Assembly: GCF_041956535.1 (NCBI RefSeq)
Contig: NW_027192220.1
Span: 241,922 to 305,921 of the forward strand
Source of the DNA: Calcarisporiella thermophila CBS 279.70
Lineage: Eukaryota; Fungi; Calcarisporiellomycota
Length of the DNA stretch: 64,000 nucleotides
Reading direction: 5' to 3'
A program made the position numbers and the translations under genes. Every line of letters starts with the position of its first letter. Positions within the stretch are counted from its first letter, which is position 1. The notes beneath the pieces were generated by a model that saw nothing but the letters and a program-made list of their open reading frames with translations, searched no databases and was not told the origin of the DNA. Positions 12,331-24,347 of the stretch are shown piece by piece.

Positions 12331-14184
12331 TTATAGCTTAACCTCTTTGGCATCCGTTAATATGACGTCCGCCGCTTTCATAGCAATAATATGGGTGAAG
12401 AGCGCAGTGAAAAATCCAGGCACCTCGGGATACACTGAGGCATCGACCACTCGGAGGTGCTTGGCTCCGCGCACTCGGAATTTTCCATCCAACACCGCCA
12501 GAGGGTCCTTATCTGAGCCGATCTTAGCAGTGCAACAGCCATGATGACCGAACCAAGTATACTTGAGAATAAACTCCTCCAACTGTTCGTCCGTAGTGAC
12601 TTCAGGGCCCGGCAATATCTCTTTGAAATCACCCTTCAATCGCATTGCCGTGTCCTTGCGGAGCGCTCTAATCTGATCCATCATGACGCGCATGTCTTCC
12701 CTGTCGTCTTGTGGGAAAAAGTTGAAGTTGATGGAGGGGGTGTCGAATGGGTCGGAGGATTTGAGTTGAACGCTGCCTCTGCTCCGGGGATGGCCCATGA
12801 AGATGATCCTGGAGGCACTGTTAGGAGGTCCGACTGGCTGGGTTTTGTAGACACCACGGAAATATCCGCCTGAGGTGAGTGTGCAGGTGTCTGGCTCGCG
12901 CAACTCTGGCCGAGATTTTCGAAGCCAACCTGTTAGACTTCCACCAATAATATAAGGGCCAACGTGACGCTCTGCAAATTGGCGATAGCAATAGTCGTCC
13001 ATACTGGCTTCATACTGACAGCTTCGAGTGTCATTGGATGGGCCTTGGGTGGCAGCAGAATCGCCCACGGTCTGTATTATATAGGAGAGCAGATAGTGCT
13101 CTCCAAGGCTTTTCCCCACCCCCGGCAGGTGGACAATGGGGGCAATGTTGTGGGATTGCAAGTGAGGGCGGTCCCCAATGCCGCTCAGCATGAGTAGCTG
13201 GGGCGTGTTAAACACTCCACTTGAAACGATCACTTCACGGCGGGCTTTCGCAACTCCTGCGATGGCTTTGGCGCGATTTTGATCGCTGGAAAGCGGACTG
13301 GCTCTGTACAAATAAGCTCCCTTTCGATACGCCACCCCTCGAGCCACTTTGGCCTCGTCCAGGATTATCCGGGTGCCAAGGGTGTTGGTCCAGATGTGGA
13401 GGTTGGGATGACTTTTTGCGGCGTCGAGAATATACTTCACATAGTTTCCCCGCTCAAAGGTGTCCTTATCTATGTTCATAGGTATGCGAAAGTGCGATTC
13501 CAGATCCGCCCCAAGTTTGCCTTTGACATAGCCATTGATATCGTGGAGAGGATCGCCGGGAAACGCGCTGAACACTTTGAACAAGTGCGGGTGTGCATCG
13601 CGCAGTTGGTCCATATCCTTAACATCAGCGGCGCGGAGAATGTCCAAATAGCTGATGGGGAGCCACCCATTTTCGCCGTGAGCACCGGGAGCTGCTTGTG
13701 AAGGGTATAGATTTTTCTCGATCAACTTGAAATACTTTCTCATTTGTGGCTCGGAAAAGGTGGGATCTTGGGTCACTCGGACTAGCAAATCGAAGTCGCG
13801 TTGATTGGGGTAGATGTAGGTCATGCTGTTGTGCGTGGAGCAACCTCCTAATGTGCCTGTCCTTGGGTAATAGCCATCCCCTTGATACTGAGTAGTGTTC
13901 GGTGCATAACGCTCTGGGAAGTATTCGAAAGCAATGGCTGGATCATGGACAGCGCGTTTATTGAGTCCAGGTGTTCTACTATAGTTAGAGTAGTGTAACG
14001 GTCCCGCTTCCATCAACAGCGTGGTGTACCCAGCCTTGGCAAGCTCTACAGCCACCACCCCTCCGGCCGTACCTCCTCCCACCACTATGTAGTCGAAAAC
14101 CTCGTTCTCGGTGTTCTGGTATTTTTCAGCGCCGATACTAGTAATGAGGCATGCAAACAATACTATCGTCAATAGATACAGCAT
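12331..14184 (-). CDS. Secreted GMC oxidoreductase (AA3 / choline dehydrogenase-like), intronless
   Basis: Signal peptide, DYIVVGGGTAG FAD motif, GTLGGCSTHN, GVFNTPQLLMLSGIG, HHGCCT (catalytic His) and LRVVDAS. Confidence 0.95.
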   Translation of the reverse strand: MLYLLTIVLFACLITSIGAEKYQNTENEVFDYIVVGGGTAGGVVAVELAKAGYTTLLMEAGPLHYSNYSRTPGLNKRAVHDPAIAFEYFPERYAPNTTQYQGDGYYPRTGTLGGCSTHNSMTYIYPNQRDFDLLVRVTQDPTFSEPQMRKYFKLIEKNLYPSQAAPGAHGENGWLPISYLDILRAADVKDMDQLRDAHPHLFKVFSAFPGDPLHDINGYVKGKLGADLESHFRIPMNIDKDTFERGNYVKYILDAAKSHPNLHIWTNTLGTRIILDEAKVARGVAYRKGAYLYRASPLSSDQNRAKAIAGVAKARREVIVSSGVFNTPQLLMLSGIGDRPHLQSHNIAPIVHLPGVGKSLGEHYLLSYIIQTVGDSAATQGPSNDTRSCQYEASMDDYCYRQFAERHVGPYIIGGSLTGWLRKSRPELREPDTCTLTSGGYFRGVYKTQPVGPPNSASRIIFMGHPRSRGSVQLKSSDPFDTPSINFNFFPQDDREDMRVMMDQIRALRKDTAMRLKGDFKEILPGPEVTTDEQLEEFILKYTWFGHHGCCTAKIGSDKDPLAVLDGKFRVRGAKHLRVVDASVYPEVPGFFTALFTHIIAMKAADVILTDAKEVKL

Positions 14185-15808
14185 GGTACCCTCTCTACTC
14201 TAAAACTGGGAAGTATCGGAGTCCCGATTTCGCGCTATTTATAGTACTCTCGGAAATAAACATCAAGTATTTGCCACCTAGGCAAGTTTCGACTAAAGAA
14301 ACTCCCGAAAAAAATAATAGCGGACAACATTGAGATACCTCCAGCGCTAGTATCAATATTTCGAGAGCCCAGGAGGGAAATCAGCTTACGAAAAGTTGCA
14401 GGATGATTACACCCGCGTTTCGGAGTTTCCAATGCCAAATGTATATATCCTTTGATTACTTTCAGATCGCAAGTTTTGCAATTAATACACTACTTACAAG
14501 CCACACTATTTGTTTGTTCCTATCCCGGCATCTTTAGAAACCAAGGGAAAGAAGTTGCGAGTAATCTTTGCACCATTGCTCTACAAATTTTCGCTTTCCC
14601 TTAGACAGTGTTTAATATTCCCACAGTTTTGATCTTAAATCACTTCTGTTCAAAAGAAAAAAAAAAAAAGAAATAGGTGAGCTAATGATTTTGCAGTTCA
14701 ATCATTTTCGGTATGCTCGAGTTCAACCGTTACACTTACCTATTCGCGAACATGTCAGCGTTAGAACAGTGAGAATTCTACACAAAAGATCTGAATGTTC
14801 TATCGTCCACTGGAACCTGATTTAAACTGCAAAATAATTTGAACAGTTGGTTATTATATTTTCCATCTTCGAGCATAATTGATTAGAGATTGAGAAGGGG
14901 ATATTAGTCATTTTTAGGTAAAGTAAACAATTAGAGACGAAAGGACACGTGCAAAATGAAAGCAATCATTTAAAAGTTGCTCCATCACGGGTCGGATGAC
15001 GAAGTGGCTTCTAGGTAGTGACAGTGGTGAAATAGGGCTGTATATCCAGCTTGTGAATTGGTTTTTTCAATTACCGTGAATGATCATTATTTATCCTTGG
15101 TACTCGGGTTTACTTGGAGCGTATCATTCATCGTTCGTGCAGATTTCGTGCACGTATTCACGAAAAGCTTTGCGGCAATTTTTTCTGAAGAATCCATCAA
15201 ATCTATACAGGGATAATCATTAACCAGCCACGAGCGTTGATCGGATCCGTAGTCTTGGAAATGTGTACTGAGAGGACACCAGATGTATTACGAGCGGAAA
15301 GCGGTTGCGAATGCTCGTGCATTCTATAAATGCCTCCTGATACTCTTATAGATCCATTGTCCTCTATATTCACAATAGACACCACCTGAACCAGAGACAC
15401 ATGTCTAACCCTTCTCTACTAGCAGCGCCTATTGTAGTATTTTGTTGTTTTACCAATGCGAATGTACGTGTGATATGCCATGTATTAATACTTAATAAAT
15501 AATGTATTAAGCTTCAATATTGGAAATGAGGATTTTGTTAAGAAAGATAATTGCCAACATTTATCTATTGAGCAGATGTATTATAAGGGAGTTAATTATT
15601 CTATAAACTAAATAGTCACTTGTTGGGAGGAGCGCACTGAATGTCACGCGTCCTCGAATTTATACACGATTCCGTTTTGTCACTACTTAAGATGAAGCTT
15701 TTGTGAACTATGGTAATCTGATGCGTTAAGATGATTCAATTTCAACACTGTCGAATATTGCTTGGATTATCATAAGGGCGACATCCACTTAGCTACCTCC
15801 TATTTAGC

Positions 15809-16791
15809 TTAATTAGTCGAATCATTAGGAGAGGCCTCGTCTTCCGACTCAAAGTAGCTCTCAGAGAGCTTTTTCTGGTCTGCATCGATCGATTGATCCC
15901 GATAAAAGGAGGTGAGAGGGTTAGTCTTGGTCACCTGGCTCAATCCAATATCATTTTTCACGACACATTGGCTGGCTTTATACTCGTCAAAATCGTATTT
16001 GGCTACGAGCTCATAACAAGTGTTAGTGAAGACGGCCCCTACATCATGCAATAGGGATCAGATAATCGGCTTATTAAATCGATATAAACTAGAGGCATAC
16101 AGTAAAGGGTATAGGGTAAAATGGTAAAATTCGCGCGGGACACATCAGAGGCTGCCACAACGATATAGGAGAAGAGGACGAGCGTTGGAATCCCAGTGGC
16201 GGCGGCCAGATTCTGAGCAGTAAAACGCTTATTGAAAATGCCACGATGGCTCCTGAACCAACCAAACATGGTTCCTCCAAATAGCACTGCACCAACGATG
16301 GCGTCCACAGCCAGTAGTGGCAGAAATACTTTTGGCAACCACAACGTCACACAAATACCAATGATTCCCGAGGATATATCCTTGAAGTTAGCGAGGCCGT
16401 AGGCAAAGAGTCCGATTTTCAGAAGGATAACTATCGTGCTTGCACTGATAAGTGCAATCAGAAGGTTACGCCCCTCTAAAAACGCCTGTAAAATTTTTGA
16501 TAAAACTAGGAGCTGGACTGTGAGGGTGGCAATTAGTGCGGTGACCAAGATAAACACAGGCTGCCAAGAGCAGGGGATATCAAATAAGAGATGCTGGGCA
16601 TAGCCAATTGAGCCTGCAGCAATGGCTAATACAGAGACTAGTGTGCCTGCGGCATAAGTATAGTGGCGATGGGAGAAAAGGTAGCGGATACTCTTTGTTA
16701 AGCTGACTAGAAATAACGAAACTGTGACCATGTAAAAGAGAGTGTCGATATTGAGTTCGCGCGAATCATTTTTATTTATTCTGACATCCAT
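15809..16791 (-). CDS. Orphan 7-transmembrane (GPCR-like) protein, 2 exons
   Basis: Seven hydrophobic segments, with Cys at the top of TM3 (PCSW) and in ECL2 (GIC). A 62-nt intron GTATGC..TAG (16100-16039) joins ..PYTLY-W-AVFTNT.. to the acidic tail in ORF 15809-16051. Confidence 0.72.
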
Positions 16792-17648
16792 TGATCCGAG
16801 AAAGAAAGGGAGGGTATACCGGGAGGGAGAGGGAAAATAAGTGGAAAAGCCAAGAGAACTACCAAGAGAAAGGATAATAAGGGAAAGCTGTTGTCTTTCG
16901 TTCTCTCCTCTGAAACAACGCTCCCACTCCCCCGCCTCAAGGGCTTATTCACCCCTTATTTTTCAATATCTGTTTATCTCCTAATTCAAATTTGGTTTCG
17001 TTCCGCTTATAGTTCGAGCCATGGAACCTAACTCAAAAGTGCGCCATGAGAAAATAAGCTATTTCCTGTCAGCGCAAATAGAATGCACATGTGTTTAAAA
17101 TTGAGGAGCTCGCGAAGAGATCTGCTTAGACTTCGCTTTAAGCTTGTGAACAAATTCTATCCTGGTATTCAATTTACGAATAAGGAGAGAATTTGGCCAA
17201 TCAAATTTCCCCACATTGAGGCAGTTTTTTGAATCAGTCAAGCTTTGCGCTATTCTCTAGGCCATCTAAGGTAATGGTCGAAGACAGTGCCAAAACATGA
17301 ACATTTCATTTGAGCGAGATATCACCATTTTTCTTCGAGAGTTGCCCATTCAAGCTTCAGGTCTAAGGGCTCTAAAATTAACCAGATTTGTTTTTTGTTT
17401 TATTGTGATAAAGTAGGTCCTATTTCGTACCAAGCTGTCTAAAATTCTATTGTTACGAAAACGGGACCACAAGTCCTCGTTTGGGTAATTTGTGTTGTTT
17501 GTCAGATCCGAGAGCTGCTCCTTACCACACCAATGGTTCTGCAGGAGATACGGTTAAGATTCATTCAATTAATCTTAAGTAGAGTTCATGACAAATATTA
17601 AATTAATGAACAATGGTATCTATGATTTAGGGTAGGTTGCTTCCACTT

Positions 17649-18624
17649 CTATATTCCGCAGAGAGACCACCGGTTGTCTGCTGTTGTATGCTGCTGATGG
17701 TTGAAGTCAGTTGGAGCCGTACCAAATTGCAAGAGACTGAGGCTAATGATTATGAATAAACATAATAAGATATCACAGCCACTGGGTATGGGATGGCTAT
17801 ATTTATGGCACAGCCTCATCGTGATTAATAATGAGACCCCACTTACTTGCGAGAAATAGAAGGATAGTGATGAAAGAGTAAACTGAGAGATAGTACACAA
17901 TCAGCTGGATAGCGATGTCTAGGAGAGTAAGAGTGATAAAATGGAGGGCCCCGTCCCGAAATATCCTCTGCAGGACCTTGTTTTTGAAGTTGAAATCCCG
18001 GATGTGGTTGTAGATTGGCCACAGAAAAGTACAGGAATAAAAGGTGTATTTGATCACATCGGCAGCGCAAACGAATGCTAGAGGATTCCCTTTGAATTTC
18101 GGAAAACAGCTACCGAAGGCCGTGGTCTGAGTCTCCTGCGACAACAGGCGATAGAGGTAGGCGGCCAAGCATGTGAGTTCTAGCACGATCCCAACGGCCA
18201 AGATCGTTTGGCTTCTACGAGGATTTATCCCCACGGCTTTTCGCATCAATATTAGTCCACAGCACGCTGTCGTGGCCCATAGCCCCATATTGATGAAGGG
18301 ATAGACGAGATAGCATTGAGTGTTGGGTAGAACCAGGTAGCCTACCATTGCTGCACTGAAATGGATCATGCTGCATGCCGACATTGCCCAACATAAACCC
18401 GTCAAAAGCGTTCGTTTTCGGCACAAAAACAAGTGTGCCGAGAGGATGAAATTTCGCCCTAATTGCGCCCCAAACAATCCATAGAGAAATAGCGACTTTG
18501 CAGAGAGGAAAAAGAAAGTGAGGTATAAAGCGAATTAACTATCTGTGCATAGAATTAAAAGCTTGCACCTACTAACCCAGACCTGTGTGTGATACGTGTT
18601 CAGAGGGAAAACAAACACGTCCAT
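17649..18624 (-). CDS. Orphan 7-transmembrane (GPCR-like) protein, related in layout to the previous gene
   Basis: Probable exon 1 MDVFVFPLNTYHTQ (ATG 18624) and main exon ORF 17803-18477 with 6-7 TM segments. Cys at TM3 (QCYL) and ECL2 (GSC), and IFRDG before TM6. The 3' exon boundary is uncertain. Confidence 0.68.
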
Positions 18625-19306
18625 ACTACTGTATGTCTATTCGAATAGCAATGCACTCAGTAAGAGTTAACGAGGCTGTAGCAACAATGAATGAGACTAA
18701 GAAGATAAAGCGCTCGGTCGATGGAACGTTTACGATATTATGACAACGCTTGATGGGTGTTGATTCCCCGGTCAACTCTAAAGCTCTCTCACTATCCTTT
18801 GTGTTCAGTAAAGTACAACCTTTTATCGTGTAAGGTTTTCGAAGCTGCGAGAGTAAAGTGACTCACAGTAAAATAGGGATAGCCGAAGACATTTTGTATT
18901 GCACAACGTTGGGAACGCGAATTTTTCAGGACAAGCATATAGATTAAGTTTTATTTTTAAGCTCCCAGGGAAAGAAATAAGCTCTCATACAAATTAAACC
19001 ACCAGAGGGAGCATTCTATTGGCCCATGAGAAATTCGAGCTCGTAGACTTAGGTTGAAAGGTCATGCAGCCTCAAATCGTTGTCCCTTGAGCTTGAATAT
19101 GTAGCTCTATCTATTTCGAGGTAAGAAGCTTCCCTTTTCTCTTAAATATTAGACGTCTTCTCATTCTCTTCGCAATCCATAACCTTACTTCTCCGTATTT
19201 ATTTTTCTTATTTTATTATACCCTTTTCTCTGTAATCCATTGTTCCCTGCCAACATTATTTAATTGCTTCAATTTCTAGATTTACTTTGTATTAATCATT
19301 TAATCC

Positions 19307-21454
19307 ATGGCACCCAAAAGCAAGGCAATAGCCCTCGCACTTGCGTTATGCAGTGTCTGTTCTGCGTCCTCCTCTCCCGTTCAGTTCACCTTCCCTGGTG
19401 AGCAAGAAGTCCTAACCTATGGACGCCTCACCAATATTATGTTGGACTATGATCCGTCTTTTCAAGGCGCTTTGTCTTTTGATTTCGCCCCATGCGGGTC
19501 TTCCAATCGCTCCAATCACGAACTAATTGGTAAAGCAGTTGCATCTGAGGACGACCAGCCCAACAAATTTGTATGGAAGATTCCTGAGAATGCTATTACT
19601 GAGGGCGACCAATGCGTACAGGTCTACGACGGTGTCGATACCCTACTTGCTCAGAGCCAACCTCTTCATATCGGCCAGGATTTATCTAAGAGAGATCTCC
19701 CATTCGGTTATTATGATGCCTCCGCACACTATGTGAAGCGCCATGATAAGTTTGTTGCAGACCATAAAAAGAAGAAGAAGGTCGGTATTGTGGGGGCAGG
19801 AATGGCTGGACTCTTCTCCGGGTTACTCTTGGAGAGCGTGGGGATTCCAGTGGAAATCCTCGAGGGCAACGATCGTGTAGGAGGACGCGTGTACACCTAC
19901 GATTTTGGTGACGGTGAATTCCAGTATGGTGAGTTGGGTGCTATGCGTATCCCTTACACCGCCAAGGATGGAAACCAGACTGTCCGCATCCGTGAGCACA
20001 AGATCATCTTCGACCTCATTGATTATCTTAACAAGAACTGGGCCAAGAGCAATCGCGACAAACAACTCGAAGTTATCGATTTCTTTACTCCAGGCCCGAA
20101 GTAAGTGAAGCGATTGAGGCATACGTATTTGTGCGGACACTCTTCCTCAAGTGGTTGGCTAATCATGCTTTGGATATTACTTTAATTTAACTCTAGCCAT
20201 TACAACTACTTTTATGGGGGTAAAACAGCGGATGGTCGCATCCCTACCAATGCCGACGTGGCGAAAAACCCACGTGTATCTGGTGCCCCAAAGGAGTTGT
20301 TCCGGGACGGATCTGCCGATGATCTTTGGATCAAAGCTTTCACTATGCATTGGCCTCGGCTTTTTAGCGACTTCTACAAAGCACGTGATGAGGTAACCAA
20401 AGAGCATGTCTCCGTGCAACTTCATATTTTATTCTAATTTCATTTTGGCTGTAACCAGTTTGCGAAAGAGAAGGAGGACGGTCACTCCATCGTCACTTAC
20501 ATGCGGAATGTCCTCGGCTATGGGGCAGATCAGGTGGATTTGGTGGACTCTCTTGTGCGCTGGACGGCTCACAGCAACATTGGCTACATTGATATGTTGT
20601 TAGAGACTGTGATGTTCCGTGCCAACGGCTACAAGACGATCAACCATGGCATGAACAGGCTTCCCAGAGCAATCGCCTCTCTCTTGGGTAAGAAGGTTCA
20701 CCTTAATTCCAAGGTTCGCAAGATCAAAACCAAAGACGGCAAAGTCATGATCGGGTACAAGAAGAACAAACAAGGGGGATACACCTATCGCAACTACGAC
20801 TACTCCATTATTACTGCGCCCTTCTCCATTGTCCGCAACTGGGAAATTCCCAAGTTCTCCTGGTACTTGTACCGTGCCATCTGGGGTACCCCTTACCAGC
20901 ATTCTTGCAAAGTATTTATGCAATTCAGCAAACGCTTCTGGGAGGAGGGTGAACGGCCTCTCAAAGGCGGATGTTCACGTACCGACATGACCAACAAAAT
21001 GACATGCTATCCTTCCCAAGATCCAGGAGGCAAGGGTAAGGCTGTATTGCTCGCTTCCTACACTGTCGCAGAGGACGCACGCCCTATTGAGTCTATGGCC
21101 GATGATCAGCTTGTCGAGCGTATGCTTGATAACTTATCCGAGCTCCATGGGAGAAAAGTACATAAGCTGTTCACGGGCAAATGGGTCCGCCATTGCTTCA
21201 ACAACGACGAATTCTCGGCTGGCGCATGGGCCGGGTTCCAGCCAGGCCAGCACGAATTGTACATACCCGCCATGCATAATGTCGAGCATAATATTGTCTT
21301 TGCCGGCGAGCACACCCATATCCTGCACGGCTGGATAACAAGTGCAGTTAGTTCGGCGGGCCGTGCCGTCGTGCAGCTGTTGGTAGAGATGGGCCACATT
21401 GACTTAGCGAAGAAAATCAAGAAGGAATGGGATTTGTACTTTGTGCATATTTAG
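19307..21454 (+). CDS. Secreted flavin amine oxidase / L-amino-acid oxidase-like enzyme with N-terminal prodomain (3 exons)
   Basis: Signal peptide and ~130-aa prodomain with KR dibasic sites. [27 protein letters not shown] and FAGEHT..HGWI motifs. Introns near 20101-20197 and 20392-20458. Confidence 0.92.
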
Positions 21455-21927
21455 AAAACTCTTCAACCTTTAGAATTTCGTTTATTTATTAATCGCCGTT
21501 GTGATATTTAATCAATTGTATTCGTGGAGATTCTACTTATCTGTTTCTCCTTTATTTTAAATTTTATATTAAAAGAATATGATCGTTTCTGATCTCCTGC
21601 AGCGCTTCAGTAGAAATGTGATTATTGTCTTGAATTGATGGTGATATGCTTTAGTTAAATATATTATAGGTTTTGATTAAGTAATTTTACAATTTTAACG
21701 TGGCCCTGCTTACATTTGAAGAAAGTATTTTGGTGAAACTTTCAAATACTTCTTGATATATAATTTGAAGAGAAAACCTTTCCAAACTAGAGTATGGACA
21801 CGATGCTAAATCACATTAACCGATCTTATGAAGCTAAAGCTGTATAATATTTTAATTGTAATAGCATAATGATACAATGGCTTATTCCAATGTCCAACTA
21901 AGAAGATGCAGGAGGATTGTGCTTCAT

Positions 21928-23111
21928 TTACTCATTTATTGAAAGACATCCAATTGTCTTGGTCTCACGTTCCGTTAACACAATGCCAAAGTACTTATGC
22001 AATACGTCTACGCGCTCTTGCTTGGTTTTCAATTATCGAAGCTCTACTATTTTACCATCACGCACAATCTTAAGTGTATCTTTGACTAGACATACTTTGC
22101 CGCGTAGATCCTTATCTGGGAGTGAAGCAGCCACAGTACTAATGAAGGGAGACACTATACGATACATACAAGGAGCAAGTTTTGTAAAGTCGGCGTAAAC
22201 ATACTCGTTATCAGTGAAAGTACATTGTGGTTGCCATTCCATCACTCCAATTCGTTTATAGTATAACACTCAGTAGTCGTTTGATTCTTCCGATGGTGGT
22301 GTACGTACATGTCTTCCGGACGCTGTTTTTAGGGGCTAGCGAACCAATTTGAATTCATCTCCATGCAACCCTTTTCCAGTAAACACCTGTAAATTTTAAG
22401 TGAGGATGACATGCTGGATTACATAAGACGATAAGACAAAATCAAGCTACCTCATTTTCACGCATTGGAAGAGGTTCGAAGATAGTATTCGGCCAGAAAC
22501 CAGAATCCATCAACAATTGGTTTCCTTCGTCATCAATCCAAAAGGAATTCATATGGATTAGTGCTTGAAATTCATCTGCAGGCCGCTCCGAATCGACCAA
22601 ATTTGCAGCAATCCTGGTAAAGCCAGACCAGACAGGGTCATAATTCAGGGCACGAAGTACATAAGAGCATATTATTTTCATAGCAATTTCCGCCGAATTC
22701 TCTTTCCATTATCTTGTAGAAGAGGTCAGCAGTATCAAGGCTAAACCGCAACTCTACGAGTGGCGAAGGATGGGAAATAAGAAACGAGATGGAACCAGCA
22801 AATTCCGCAGGGATATCACCGGACGCAGCCTGGTTATTTGGACGTGCGGGATCAAAATAGTGTACACCAACATTATCAAAGGGGACGTGTGTTTGATGTG
22901 CCCTAAGCAATATCTTCGATGTTTCAAGGTTGGGCCCGGGTAGTATAATAGGGACATTTTCCATATTTGATGAATTCGAGATATCATTACAGCTGGTGCT
23001 GGTCGCTCTCGAAATTAGTTTTCCCTCAACCAAGGATGGCCTCACACGCTTAAAGTATTTCAATAGTTGTTCTTCGGTAAGCTTGGGTGGTTTTTGATAT
23101 ATGATCTCCAT
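21928..23111 (-). pseudogene. Arylamine N-acetyltransferase family pseudogene
   Basis: HQTHVPFDN, GGNCYENN (Cys), HMNS (His), MDSGF (Asp) and C-terminal LHKYFGIVL are present. The reading frame has a frameshift at ~22664 and in-frame stops at 22336-22338 (TAG), 22270-22272 (TGA) and 22033-22035 (TAA). Confidence 0.88.
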
Positions 23112-23445
23112 AATCGATTTCTTGATGAGGGAATGAAAAGGTATTTAAATAGATTGAGTATGTAAACAATTGCTTAGATATCTTTTTTAATGTCGATTCC
23201 CCTGCACTGTTTAAAGTGGTACATGGCACAATTCGTACTGATTTGAGTTGAAGTACATGATGGATACGCTTATATGTGGCTGAGCAGTAATACGGCGACG
23301 TTAACCTTCTGATTTCCCATAGCTATTTATCAGTTTTGAATATCTGCCTTTTTTTGAAGCTATGGAGCTTAACTGAAAATATCCTCATGAAGTTAATCGT
23401 TAAAGGTGAATCAAAGGTCACATGCCTTTGTGCAGATTATAGCCA

Positions 23446-23716
23446 ATTGCTGGCAGAAGTTATAGAACAATTAAGAAACAGTAATAGTAGAATAACCAGA
23501 CACGACAGGTACGACAAGCAAGAGACAGTAATGAGAGACAGTAATAATGGGAAGATCAGACACGACAAGCCAGAAGTAATACTAATGGAGAGCATAGACA
23601 TGACAAGCAAGGCTCAGAATTAGTGGAGAGTCCAGATACATTTTTTGTGCTGGTGTGGGGGTTACGGGATTCGAACCCGTGCCATCGAGACGGCTCGTTT
23701 CCTATCTGCCAGCAAT
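23446..23716. mobile_element. Solo-LTR/MITE-like element with 12-bp terminal inverted repeats, containing a tRNA-like B-box module
   Basis: ATTGCTGGCAGA (23446-23457) and TCTGCCAGCAAT (23705-23716), with TG..CA inside. Internal direct repeats (AGACACGACAAGC, GAGACAGTAAT). The minus strand has ACGGG-TTCGAAT-CCCGT. No clear 4-5 bp TSD. Confidence 0.55.
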
Positions 23717-23834
23717 GTATACTCAATAGTTTTTATTTATAGAAAAGAGAAGACGAAGATTTAAATATCAAAATTATATTATTTCAACTTATAATATTGA
23801 ATTACCAAAAAGGAAAAAGATCAAAAATGATGAT

Positions 23835-23907
23835 TGGAGAACCCGGGTATCGATCCCGGTGCCTCTCGCATGCTAAGCGAGCGCTCTACCATTTGAGCTA
23901 GTCCCCC
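23835..23907 (-). tRNA. tRNA-Ala(AGC)
   Basis: 73-nt cloverleaf GGGGGACTAGCTCAAATGGTAGAGCGCTCGCTTAGCATGCGAGAGGCACCGGGATCGATACCCGGGTTCTCCA with G3:U70 and a downstream T-run. Confidence 0.97.
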
Positions 23908-24347
23908 TCGATGAAAGTTGTGAGGAAATTTGGAACTAAATGGATCAATGGCGCAGTAGTAGAGAATGGAGGCTTAGCTTTTGTGACTTGATCGCTTTTA
24001 TTATCTTTATTTCTTTAACTGAGAGAATATTTAATATTATACAGTTGTTTATTACGCCAACCTTATTTTATGATAACTTTATTATATAGAGATGATGCCA
24101 TTTTATTACTTTTATTATTTATATTTTTCCCTATGTGATACGTTAACAACAGTATAAAAAGACCGATATTTCATTTATAATAAAAGATGTGCTATTTGGT
24201 GTTGAGATAGAACCGGATTAGTTTACAATCCACTTTGTGTCGTTTATTAGTCTTCTGAAGTGTTTAAGGAAGGACAATCAAGAGCTTAGGGATAGCTAGA
24301 GGATTGTCAAGATAAATCTTATTAGATATATATTCGACGTAACATTT

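Noticed and set aside
15000-15420. ORF 15203-15400 as a possible gene remnant
   Set aside because: No recognisable motif, and neighbouring frames are interrupted by stops.
22270-22272. In-frame TGA in the NAT gene as selenocysteine or readthrough
   Set aside because: It sits at a probable Trp position and co-occurs with TAG, TAA and a frameshift, so pseudogenisation explains it.
23480-23615. Spaced short repeats resembling a CRISPR array; ORF 23336-23623
   Set aside because: Eukaryotic context, degenerate irregular repeats and no cas genes. The ORF is a by-product of the repeats.
23942-23995. A-box-like TGGCGCAGTAG with GATCAA/TTGATC ends facing tRNA-Ala copy 1
   Set aside because: No B box, tail or TSD. 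It could be a decayed SINE head but cannot be supported.
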